A stretch of 63,661 nt of DNA, filler included, from Octopus bimaculoides (Eukaryota), in assembly GCF_001194135.2 (NCBI RefSeq). It is 5 parts of 5 records of this genome, joined end to end, with 100 filler letters (N's around TTAATTAATTAA, not from the genome) between each part and the next. Parts side by side here need not be neighbours in the genome. Positions count along the whole stretch, not along the records: positions 10,120 to 33,127 come from NC_068993.1; 4 more parts are not named here. One strand, written 5' to 3'. Both the position numbers and the translations under genes were made by a program. Below the pieces are notes generated by a model. That model had not been told where the DNA came from and did not search any database. It saw nothing but the letters and a program-made list of their open reading frames with translations. How positions within the stretch are numbered: the first letter of the stretch is position 1; each line of letters begins with the position of its first letter. This document shows, in pieces, positions 13,394 to 23,990 of this stretch.

Positions 13394-13550
13394 TTACCTC
13401 TGGATATCTTTGTTGCTTATTTTGATTATATATATATNNNNNNNNNNNNNNNNNNNNNNNNNNNNNNNNNNNNNNNNNNNNNNNNNNNNNNNNNNNNNNN
13501 NNNNNNNNNNNNNNNNNNNNNNNNNNNNNNNNNNNNNNNNNATATATATA

Positions 13551-14443
13551 CGAGGTCTGATCGATAAGTATCTGGACTCTTGCCATAGTAACGAAGTTAA
13601 AGCACATAGAGTAAAGCCACTTGGCAAAGATTGACCTTGGACTCTGCTGTGCAGGCGCACTAAGTTTTAATGTTCTAACTCACTCCTGCTGTTTTCAGCA
13701 GTGCTTGGAAAAAAGATGTGTAGCGTGTGATTGTTGCATTGACCATGACAGAGAACGTTGTCATGGTGATACCTGCTCAGAGGCCGACGCAAAGTTGCAG
13801 AAAGTGTAGGGAGAAGAGTGTATGAGCCACACAAAAGTGTACGAATGGTTCAAATGTTTCCAAAGCAGAAAAAATGTCGATATTGACGAACGTTCTGGGA
13901 GACCCGCAGACAGCAGAACTGAGGAAAACATCGCAGAAGTGCGTGAAGTTGTGAAGAGGATTAGTTGAATCACCATCAGTGAGTTGTCAGAGGACATACA
14001 GATTAGATACGGTTCAGTTCAGTCCATTACCACTGAAGATTTGGGTATGAGACACGTGTCTGCCAAGTTTGTGCCAAAAGTGCTTTCAGCTGACCAAAAA
14101 AGACATTTGGGTTTCAGTTGCACAAAATCTATTTGATTGTGTCGAGAAGGATGAAAAATTTTGAAAACTTTGCGTAGGCATCTGAGCAGGTATTGCATAG
14201 CTTTTGGCAAAATTTAGTGCAGATTCTCTGCACAACGTTCTCCGTCATTTTCAATGCAACGATCTTCACGCTACATACCTTCCTTCCAAGCACTGCGGTA
14301 AACAGCGGAAGTGAGCTAGAATATTAAAATTTAATGCACCTGCACAGCAAGGTTCAAGGTCAATCTGTGCCATGTAGCTTCACTATACGTACTTTAGCTA
14401 CATTACTATAGCAACAATCTGGATACCTATTTATCAGACCACG
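13551..14443 (+). mobile_element. Internally deleted mariner element
   Basis: TA|CGAGGTCTGATCGATAAGTATCTGG ... CTGGATACCTATTTATCAGACCACG|TA imperfect TIRs with TA TSD. Broken transposase N-terminus: GEECMSHTKVYEWFKCF, DERSGRP, LGMRHVSAKFVPKVLSADQK. Confidence 0.9.
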
Positions 14444-14445
14444 TA

Positions 14446-14492
<47 letters not shown>

Positions 14493-14544
14493 ATGTACAC
14501 ACACACACACATACATATTCTTTTTTCTTATTTTTTTCTTATAT

Positions 14545-14735
14545 TTGTTTTAGGCATTTGACTGCGGCCATGCTGGAGCACTGCCTTTAGTCGAGCACAT
14601 CGACCCCAGGACTTATTCTGTGTAAGCCTAGTACTTATTGTATAGATATCTTTTCGCCGAACCGCTACGTTGCGGTGACGTAAACACACCAGCATAAATT
14701 GTCGAGCGATGTTAGGGGGACAAACAGAGACACAG
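14545..14735 (-). mobile_element. SINE family A, 3' half
   Basis: tttgactgcggccatgctggagcactgcctttagtcgagc...cttattctgtgtaagcctagtacttatt. Confidence 0.85.
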
Positions 14736-15339
14736 ACACACACACACACACACAAACACACACACGCATACTCACACACACATATGTATATATATATATA
14801 TGATAATTTATGTAAGATGTTTTTTGTATATAATATACATGTTATTATAATGGATGAAGGGATGATTATTGAATGGTTTTTATTTTGATATTATGATATT
14901 TTTTAAATAATTTTTCTATCTTTATATAATAAGTATTTCNNNNNNNNNNNNNNNNNNNNNNNNNNNNNNNNNNNNNNNNNNNNNNNNNNNNNNNNNNNNN
15001 NNNNNNNNNNNNNNNNNNNNNNNNNNNNNNNNNNNNNNNNNNNNNNNNNNNNNNNNNNNNNNNNNNNNNNNNNNNNNNNNNNNNNNNNNNNNNNNNNNNN
15101 NNNNNNNNNNNNNNNNNNNNNNNNNNNNNNNNNNNNNNNNNNNNNNNNNNNNNNNNNNNNNNNNNNNNNNNNNNNNNNNNNNNNNNNNNNNNNNNNNNNN
15201 NNNNNNNNNNNNNNNNNNNNNNNNNNNNNNNNNNNNNNNNNNNNNNNNNNNNNNTATATAGACGGTTTAGATATAGATTCAAGGTTGAATATGCTACTTA
15301 TGCGTAGACACCCGAATATCGTATCCCAAAAGGATAGGT

Positions 15340-15465
15340 GATCAAAATAAAAAAAATAAGCAACACGGATTTCAAAGGTGATTGCAGTACGCACGTTTCA
15401 TACTACTCCAATTTATTTAAGTAATGCGAGCATTACATTAAATGCAATATGAAGAGCAATCTTCA
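15340..15465 (-). repeat. Third, diverged copy of the 10.3/13.3 kb hammerhead-bearing repeat
   Basis: Minus strand TGAAGA-ttgctc...-GAAA-CGTGCG-TA-CTGCA followed by the same atc...tgcttattttt flank. Truncated at the 5' side of the core. Confidence 0.6.
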
Positions 15466-15474
15466 TATATATAT

Positions 15475-15705
15475 CACGTTATCATGCGACTGCCCAGGCT
15501 ATCAAATGTTGTTAGACACCGCTGGTCACAATGCGCTTTTGCACTACGTGAGCAGGCCAACGATCTTCCCTGATCGAAGTGGTGCTACAGCAAAGTAAAA
15601 TGAAGTGTTTTGCTCAAGAAAACACAACGCACCGCCCAGTTAGGGAATCGAACCCACCATCTAGCGATCGTCAGTGCAACAGCTTAGCCATTTGTCTACG
15701 CACCT
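15475..15705 (-). mobile_element. tRNA-derived SINE family C
   Basis: Minus strand: tRNA-like head with B box ggttcgattccc followed by ttgtgttttcttgagcaaaacacttcat. Related copy at about 60030-60165. Confidence 0.7.
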
Positions 15706-15770
15706 TCACACACACAAACACACACACATGCTCGCGCGTGCGCACACACACACGTACGCACACACGCACG

Positions 15771-15820
<50 letters not shown>

Positions 15821-16056
15821 AATATAATATATTAAATATATTATAATATAGGTAGCCTGTTAGCAATTCAAACCTAAAGGCAAATTAACAAACAAGAGTA
15901 CAAAATAGTACTACTATTGCTAGAAATAGGAGTAAAAAACACACTGTTTTACTGGTTCTAGCTAAGGTGAAAACAAATTTTAGGTGCAAACAAATTTTAT
16001 TGATACCAATGTGTTTGTATTCAATTAGCCTTTATCAAAATCAAGTGTGGAAAACA

Positions 16057-17125
16057 ATATCCATCATGTCGTGTCCGTTTTCATTGATGAATTTCTGAAG
16101 GCGTTCTTGGAAGTTGGCCTCCACTCTCTCCAGCATTACTCTATCGATTTGGGCAACTCCCATGCGAATAACTTCCTTCAAATCAACCAATCATACATGG
16201 ACAAATTAGGGGACTAAGGGGTCGAAGAAATATCAGCAAACCTGGAAATAAGGTGGTCACCGTAGAGAGGGTGAAGTACGTTCATTGATGCTCTGGCTGT
16301 GTGGGCTGTCACCCCATCCAGGTGAAATAGTCATACACTTCGTCATAATTCAGGCACAAAGAAGTTGTTTATCATCTCGATGTAACGCTCGGAGTTCACA
16401 GTAACAGCATTTCCATTATTATGTTTAAAAAAGTAAGGACCAATGACGGCAGCTTTTCCAACAGCATACCAGACCGTCACTTTTGGGCCGTTCTCTCGGA
16501 TTTTCGAGAGCCCAACAACGACAGTTCTGTTGATTCACCTTGCCATTGAGATGAAAAATGAGGTTGTCATTTGCCTCAAAAATTGCCTCCATCTGACGTG
16601 TGAAGTTAAGCCGCTGTGCATAGTCCCATGGTTTCAACTGTTGCCCAATGACTAATTCGTACGGGTGGAAATACAGGTCTTCATGCAAAATACACCTTAC
16701 CGATCGATTACCGATGCCAAGTTCAGTGGAATGCCTCCGAGCAGAGCGATTCGGATTCCATATTAAAGCTTGTCTGGTGCATTCCACATTTTCCGGGGTC
16801 CGTACCATTCGTGGCGCCCCCACCAGTCTCCTATTCATTAGTGTATCTCGTGTACGAAGTGCATTCATCCAGCGTAAGATTTTGTTACAAGTGGGAACAG
16901 CTTAATTTCGATGAATTTTCAAGTGGCGCCGAAACGCTGAACTGCTTTCACAGACTCGTTATTCTTCACGTAACTGCCGTAGGCAAGCACGTGATGCTCA
17001 CCTGAAAAGAAAAAAAATGCTGAGATACCACGGACCGAATGGTACCTGTCGGACACATGTCCACCGCCCCTGGGGCTGAGTAATAGCCATTTCAAAAACG
17101 TCCGTCTTCTCTACCCCACCCTCGA
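16057..17125 (-). mobile_element. Tc1/mariner-superfamily (maT/DD37D-like) transposase pseudogene
   Basis: Frameshifted fragments GEHHVLAYGSYVKNNESV, RTPENVE...NPNRSARRHS, FHPYEL...QQLKPWDYAQRLNF, FHLNGKVNQQNCRCWALENP, ending INENGHDMMDIVFHT*. A possible TIR (taccccaccct) is visible only at the right end. Confidence 0.85.
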
Positions 17126-17876
17126 AAACCGAGACTACATAAAATTAGTTTGGGATAGACAGCAAAAATAAAGACATGTTTCATATCAATTAACGCGCTA
17201 GATCTATGTAGGTGAAAATATTGGTTTGGTTTCACTACCGTTCATTAGGATACAACGTGTTTTGAGATATGGTTAGAAAATGTGACAAAAATTAAGGGCC
17301 ACAAGGTTTTATGCGTAGTCTTTTGATCTTTTAACTCTAAGTGAAAATTACTGCCGTTCAGTACTGTCCCTTGGTTTGATCTTTATATCTCTAGCTGTCT
17401 ACATATTTCTGTATGTACTTTTATATACTTTTTAAAACCATTTAATTTTTTTCCATTTACTATAACTATTTCACTCCAACTTCTTATCCTTTCCTGTTTT
17501 TTTTTTTTTTTGTAAGCGTTAAGGATGATCAATTCCTGAACTTAGATCGAGTACGTTAGCTGATATGGAATAACATATCTTTATTTTTACTGACCATCCC
17601 ATGCTAAGTTTATCTAGTCTGTCTTCTATGCATGAAAAAGAAAATTTTGTGTGTATACTTGGAATTGAATAATTGGTGTAACCATGATGTTCTGGTGAGC
17701 TAATAACATAATTTTCTTTATCTTTGTCTACATTGATTTGTGAATATACAACTGTGTTGTATAATGTGTAGCATGCATATTAGTGCAGACATGCAAACAT
17801 AATTTATCTAATATGTACAGAGAGAGAAAGAGAGTACTAACAGGGATTTGAAGAATCGAACATGTTTCACATTAAC

Positions 17877-18314
17877 GGTACTTTTTGGCTGTCTCGCCCC
17901 CATTAAAAATTTGAGTTATCTCCCCTCGTTTTACGAAAAATATTGGTACTTTTGGTTATCTCCTTCAAATAAAAAAGTTGTTTAACCCTCAATAAAATAA
18001 TAATAATAATAATAATAATAAACAAAAAATATGAAAAGATGAAACATCGTTTTGAATCTGATATTTTTATAACAAATCATACAAAACTGAAAATATTAAA
18101 CATCTTATTGAATCTAATAACATTTTTATAATAAATCATACCATGCCTATTGAGGAGGCCAAACGTCAACAATGTGTTGAAGTATTGAATCAAAAGGATC
18201 TAACCCTTTTAATACAATCTCTTGTCGCCTCATAAACTGGAAATTTTTTAATGGGGATATAACCCAATTTCTAATGGTAATTTTTTAATGGGAGTGAGAT
18301 AACCAAAAAGTACC
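17877..18314. mobile_element. MITE with ~40-bp TIRs
   Basis: GGTACTTTTTGGCTGTCTCGCCCCCATTAAAAA at the left is the reverse complement of TTTTTAATGGGAGTGAGATAACCAAAAAGTACC at the right. Flanked by CATTAA(C/G) direct repeats (possible TSD). Confidence 0.75.
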
Positions 18315-18809
18315 CATTAAGCTCCCTGCCAAGTGCATGACTAACAAGAATAACTGTTGCTGAGTTTTAGGATAAACTTTCGGGTCTTTCTGAAAATCCA
18401 GGAGATACAATGATTGAGAGAATCTTATAATAATTCTGTTTGTCATTACGTTACTTAGCCTGCTGGAAACGCTTTTACGTGATTAAATAAAAAGAGGGAG
18501 AGAGAAAAAGAGGATAAGGTGAAAAGTGAGGCACAAAGAAAGAGGAAAAGAGGGAGACAGAAAAGACGGAGAAGCGTCCATGACGTGGTTGGAGGAACGT
18601 AATATTTATTACGTGGTTAAAAAGTTAGTGGAAGGTAATAACATAGAGGAGAGTTAAGAATATAACTTTAGCAGACAGGTGACGTTCCGATGGTGAGATT
18701 AAAGAAAGGCGGAGAGAGAGAAAGAGAGAGAGAGAGAGGGAAAGAGAAAGAGAGAGATGATGGTGAGTGCATAGTGAAAAGAATTTTTTTTTTATTCAAC
18801 TAAGTTTTT

Positions 18810-19111
18810 TATATCACCTATCACTTAACTCATGTGCATCCCAAACTAGCCATTCACTTTAGACAGAAATCAATTTCCAGTTCGCCTGTTATATGCAATG
18901 ACTATCAATAAATCACGAGAGCAAACATTTGATAAAGTGGGGCTGTTCTTGTCTGAACCTGTATTCGACCATGATCAGCTTATATGTTGCATTCTGAAGG
19001 ACTCGCAAATTATCTGATGTGAGAATCACGTTTATCAACACTGACAAACAAAGGAAAAGAAGAGGAAGAACTTACACGAAGAACATAGTTTGCAAAGAAG
19101 TATTGGATTGA
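18810..19111 (+). mobile_element. Helitron RepHel helicase C-terminal fragment (pseudogene)
   Basis: PFTLDRNQFPVRLLYAMTINKSREQTFDKVGLFLSEPVFDHDQL / YVAF ... YTKNIVCKEVLD*. This is a degenerate form of the QFPVRLAFAMTINKSQGQT...VFSHGQLYVALSR...NIVYKEVL end of Helitron PIF1-like helicases. Confidence 0.88.
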
Positions 19112-19879
19112 AAGGTGCACGCAAATTTAAAATGTGTGTTGGCTCTGACCTATTGCACTGGCTTATAAGTTGACTACGATGTGGTTTTCAGTGTATGCCA
19201 TGTTGCATCAAATTTGAAAACATCAACTGTAAGACAGAGAGTAAGCTGACATATATCTGTCCCTTCTTGCTGACCATGTACCTTATTCATTATTCATTCA
19301 CTTATATATTTATTCTATCACTCATCAAAATTAATACTAGAATGGTCAACCTATCTTTCTTTGGAAGATAATTCTATCATAATACCTATATCTTCAAAGC
19401 CAATTTCGTTGATTAACCTATTTTATTATTTACTTTTATATTTTCTTGATTATTTGAATTTTTAAAACCTTTTTGACTTAACTGTATTTATCTCCAGCTT
19501 CTTTCTCTGAATTTATATTGACCTATGACAATATGCTGAGTACATCTGTTGCCTGCGAATATCCACAGTATCAGCTTACTCTCTGTAGAAGAATTGATGT
19601 TTTCAACAACCATGAATCATTATAAGGATTAGTCTGTCAGTTTCTCTCTCAGCACCCTTGTATGTGCGTACACACACATATATACTTATTTATAGATACA
19701 TTTCTACATATATTTTATATATGTACGAATACTGATGTAATATCTATTATATGTTTGACAAGATTCTGAAACAGCTGTAAATGAATGGAATAAACACCTA
19801 TTCTCTCATCTCACCTGTTTCCTGTGTGTGTAGTGTTCCGTGATCAACAAATAAAAGTGATCCATCTGGTGAGAGATAA

Positions 19880-21010
19880 ATATTATTCAATAAACACAGT
19901 ACATATTTTTATGAGCTACTACTAGTTTGCGATAAAAACAACTCAGCATTTTATAACACGTATGGTGCCCTCCTGCAATCCATAAGCTCTACACACATTT
20001 CATTAGAAATTAAAATAGGACGATAGGATAAGAGAAAATACAAGAAAAAGCGAGGAGTAGATGTAAAAGTGGAAGGTTGAAAACACTGAAGAACAAAAAA
20101 CAGAAAATGGGGTGAGGAGAATTAGAGTTATATCTCCTTTGACTGTAAAGTCATAAGGCTGAATGGATAGGAGCCTAGAGTCTGTGGTACAGCTGCTAAA
20201 TCCAGAGAGGGTGATATTTTCCAATTCGTCAACAGGAACTTATCCATATTTGCTGAAAATTTCAGATCTGGAATTAAGTAGCCTAGTGGAGTTCTTAGAT
20301 CAGAAAAGGATCTGTGTTCTTTCAGCTACACATAACTTACATTTTTTGGATCCTATAATGTATGGTATGTACTTTTCAACTATTTTCCACTTGATTTTAT
20401 GTGGTGTGGCGTTAGACTTTCAAACCTCACACATGGCTAGCCAGCTTAATAACTTTACTTTTGTACCTGTGCTGGAAGGAAGATATGTGGTTAGCTATGC
20501 CACATCACATACAATCATGTGAAAAATAGTTGAAAGTTTCACACCATATGTCAACGGATCCAAAAAATGTAAGCTATTCATAGCTGAAAGAACACAGATC
20601 TTTTTCAGATCCAAGAACTCCACTGCACTGCTGAATTTCAAATCTGAAATATTCAAGTGATATAAACATATGGATAAGTTCCAGTTAGTGAATTGGAAAA
20701 TACCACCATCTCCAAATAGAGCAGTTCTGCCACAGACTCTAGGCCCCTATTCATTCGAGGACATAACTCTAATTCTCCCCCTCTTTCTTTTTTTGTTTTT
20801 TCATTTTTCAGTGTTTCATCTTTTACATCTACTTCTTTCTCACCTTTTCTCTTATCATAATATCCTGTTTTAGCTTGTTATACCATTTGGTCAGAGTCTG
20901 GAAGATTGTGTGAAGGCACAAGACTTGTATTATAAAATGCTGTCTGAGTAGTTTTCATCACATGAAACTATTAGTAACTCATAAAAATATATAGTTTATT
21001 AAATAAAATT
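19880..21010. repeat. ~1.1-kb imperfect palindrome (foldback)
   Basis: About 19880-20405 is the reverse complement of about 20500-21010, e.g. ggaacttatccatat/atatggataagttcc and ggatctgtgttctttcagcta/tagctgaaagaacacagatc. Confidence 0.9.
20894..20980 (+). ncRNA. Hammerhead-like motif with long stem II in the right arm of the 20-kb foldback
   Basis: GAGT-CTGGAAGA-ttgtg...cacat-GAAA-CTA t TAG-TA-ACTC. The left-arm copy (19913-19989, minus) has GAGC/GCTC in stem I, a compensatory change. Confidence 0.5.
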
Positions 21011-22323
21011 ATATATATATATAAATAAAATGGGAGATTCTTCATAGATATTTGTTTACACCATTTATTAACATATGATGTTTATTAATTACCTAATGCC
21101 AATTACATAATCAAAATATATTGTCAAATCATCAGAGACTTCTAACTTTTATACATAATATTATTGGATTGAAAAGATGGCAGACTTCACCATCGTGGAA
21201 ATGACAGTCACTAGTCATCTCAATGATGATGAATTATTAAATTATATCATCTTTCCAATCCAATAATATTGCATAGAGTTATACGTCTTTGATAATTTGA
21301 AATTAAATCTGCATTATGTAATTTGTATTGTGTAACTAATAACAATCTCATGTTAATTAAATGTAAGATGGTGTATCTAAATATCTTATAATTTCTCTGT
21401 TTTGTACTGATTTTTTTCATATATGCAGCGTAACACTCAAAACCAGGATTCAATAAAAAAAAAATACACTTCCTAACACATGAACAGAAATACACCTGGT
21501 CTTTCTAGATATTGGTTGTCAGTGCAATTTAAAGTTTAAACTGCACTGACTGAATCAAAATTGATGTAGAACTGAGTACTGAAGGCTATAAATCATAAAC
21601 AATAAAGATAACAAAAATATATTTAAAGTTAACAAATATAGATTTTAATATGCAATACATAGTACAGTAAGTAAAATATTTTATATGAACATATATATAT
21701 TATTATTCTACAATAATAGTCTGTATCTCCAATGAACATAATGGAAACAAATTGTTGAATAAGCAAGAAGACTGTGCACAGTATACACAGCTACAGATGG
21801 AGATAGATAGATAGATAGATAGATTGATAGAGAGAGAGTGGGGAGAGAGAAAGAGGTGAGTATGTTTGATTAAAGAATTTTCAAAACATGTATCAGGTTT
21901 GCTTGTAATGATATCAATGTTGTTTCCTTAAAAAACGATAATATAAAAATATCCAAAAGGAATGTAACATCTATTTATTGCCCAAGCCTAATGTTTCTGA
22001 TTGGTGATCAAATCCAGACAATGGGTTTAGCTTACTTGAAGCTTTATTTTCAACTGCATAAAATTTCTCATATATATGGCATCAGTTAACAAGGTCTCAG
22101 GGCAATGAAACATTAGAGGAAAATGAATGGAATATTTATAACCTTTCCCTTTCATAATAACAGTTAATAAAGTATATTTTGTGAAGTAGATTTAACAAGA
22201 GGCAAAAATGAATATGTGGGTAGAGTAAACATAGCATTATATAACATACACATGATTATATCATATCACAGCCAACACTGTATTATAACATACTTTAAAT
22301 CATATCATAGCTGTCATATTAGG

Positions 22324-22536
22324 GTGGTGAGCTGGCAAAATCAATAGCATGCTGGGCAAAATGATTAGCAATATTTCATCCATCTGCACTTTGTAAGCTC
22401 AAATTCCACTAAGGTTGACTTTGCCTTTCATCCTTTGCAGGGTCAGTAAAATAAGTACTAGTTGAGTACTGAGGTCAATATATCTCACTTAGTCATTCCC
22501 CCAAAATTGCTGGCCCTGTGCCAAAATTTGAAACCA
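22324..22536 (+). mobile_element. SINE family B
   Basis: ggtgagctggcaaaatc...aaattccactaaggttgactttgcctttcatcc...taagtactagttgagtactgaggtcaat. Other copies lie at about 9100-9272(-), 34920-35130(+), 36754-36960(+), 38715-38819(+), 43850-43935(-) and 44040-44225(-). Confidence 0.8.
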
Positions 22537-23012
22537 TTATTATATTATAGCCAACATTATGTTATATCACAGCCTCATTACATTAACATACAATATTATA
22601 GTTGGCATTACTTTACATGACACATTATTTCGTGTTTCATAAATATATGTGTGAGTGAGTGTTTTCATAAATATTATTCCTCTCATATAGACATTGCAAC
22701 ATTAAGAATTTCATTTTAGTCTAATTTTTAATAATAAAAATAATAACGACTATTTCTGAATTAGGCAAAAAGACCGACATTTTATGTATTGCCCTCCATA
22801 CATATACCAGAAGGATGAAAGGTGAAGTTGATTATGGTGGAATTTGAACCTAAAATATATAAGGAACCTGAACAAACACTACAAAGCATTTTATCAGAGG
22901 GTCTAAATATTTTGCCAATCCACCACCCCTTACAACACCAATAATAATGATTTCACATTTATATTAATACAGATTGTACATGATATGTTTTAGCATTATT
23001 TTACTGGGAACC

Positions 23013-23296
23013 CTAGTTTGGGGGTTTATCCATCCTGAAAATATTTGAATCATGAATGGTATCAGAAAGAGGAGGGTATAGCAATTTTTGGAAAGGAAGA
23101 TGATTAATTTCTTTTTTGACTGGCAGGGGGAAAGAAAAGCAACCTAATTTAAAATCTTCTTCAATTCCAGCCTTTATTTCCAACTTGACACAGGCTGAGA
23201 ATCTGTGTTTGTTAAAGGTGACATTATAGAATTTTATACATAATCTCACTTCAGCTAGGTGAGGTAAGCCAATACATACAGGTGGAGGATTCCTCA
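23013..23296 (-). CDS. Last coding exon of a DUF4773-like Cys-rich protein gene
   Basis: Polypyrimidine tract and AG acceptor (ttcttttctatcttccag|tgagg). Reads (V)RNPPPVCIGLPHLAEVRLCIKFYNVTFNKHRFSACVKLEIKAGIEEDFKLGCFSFPLP...MDKPPN*. RNPPPxC...LCxxFYN...CV.L...LGCF is the pattern I recall for the C-terminal half of DUF4773. 284 nt, phase 1 start, TAG at 23015-23013. Confidence 0.85.
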
Positions 23297-23358
23297 CTGG
23301 AAGATAGAAAAGAAGGATAAATAATAATAATAATAACAATAATAATAATAATAATAAT

Positions 23359-23915
23359 GATTAAGTCGATGTGAAAACTTTGCACAAAAAGAATACAAAT
23401 GCTGCCATGATAAAGTGTGTGTGTATCTTAATTGGCTTTTGTGCCATAAATACCAATATGAAGTAACAGAGAACTGGTATGAGCATGTACCAAGTAAGGT
23501 TATGCAGGGAGATGGAAAAGTAACGGTACTCTGGGACTATGATTTTCAGATAGATCATGTAATCGAAAACTGTCGGCGGGATATTGCCATATTGAATAAG
23601 AGAGACAAATACTGTCAGAATGTTGTGAGTAAAGAGGTTGAAAAAATCACCAAGTACTCCGAATTGAAAGTGGAAATGGCAAGACTGTATGGAATGCGAG
23701 AGGGTAATGTAAAAGTGATACCAGTGGTAATTGGAGCATTGGGCTCAATCCCATTGAAACCTCAAGACTTCTTAAGGCAACTGGAAATCTCATGCAAAAT
23801 TGATGTCTTGCAAAAAGCAGCCTTATTGGGCACAGCGTACATCTTAAGGAAAGTATTATCAGTCTGAAGTCCTTGCAGACTCCGGTGCATTTTTACTTAC
23901 ACTGTGTTATGAAGG
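23359..23915 (+). mobile_element. 5'-truncated R4/Dong-clade non-LTR retrotransposon (restriction-like endonuclease end)
   Basis: AQKEYKCCHDKVCVYLNWLLCHKY...WYEHVP...VLWDYDFQIDHVIE...KEVEKITKYSEL...VIPVVIGALG...LQKAALLGTAYILRKVL*. Flanked on both sides by (AAT)n. Confidence 0.88.
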
Positions 23916-23990
23916 AATAATAATAATAACAATAATAATAATAGACAAGAAGAGCACGATGTGATTTGTAATAGATTGTTTATTTAACGG

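Larger units (their letters stand above)
10323..13427. mobile_element. 3.1-kb element bounded by ~257-bp inverted repeats carrying hammerhead motifs (probable decayed Penelope-like element)
   Basis: 10323-10579 is the reverse complement of 13172-13427 at high identity. The interior is AT-rich, lacks microsatellites and contains a ~205-bp direct duplication. Confidence 0.6.

Noticed and set aside
13918-14045. CTGAGGA and CTGAAGA inside the mariner element
   Set aside because: They are part of the transposase coding sequence and lack flanking hammerhead stems.
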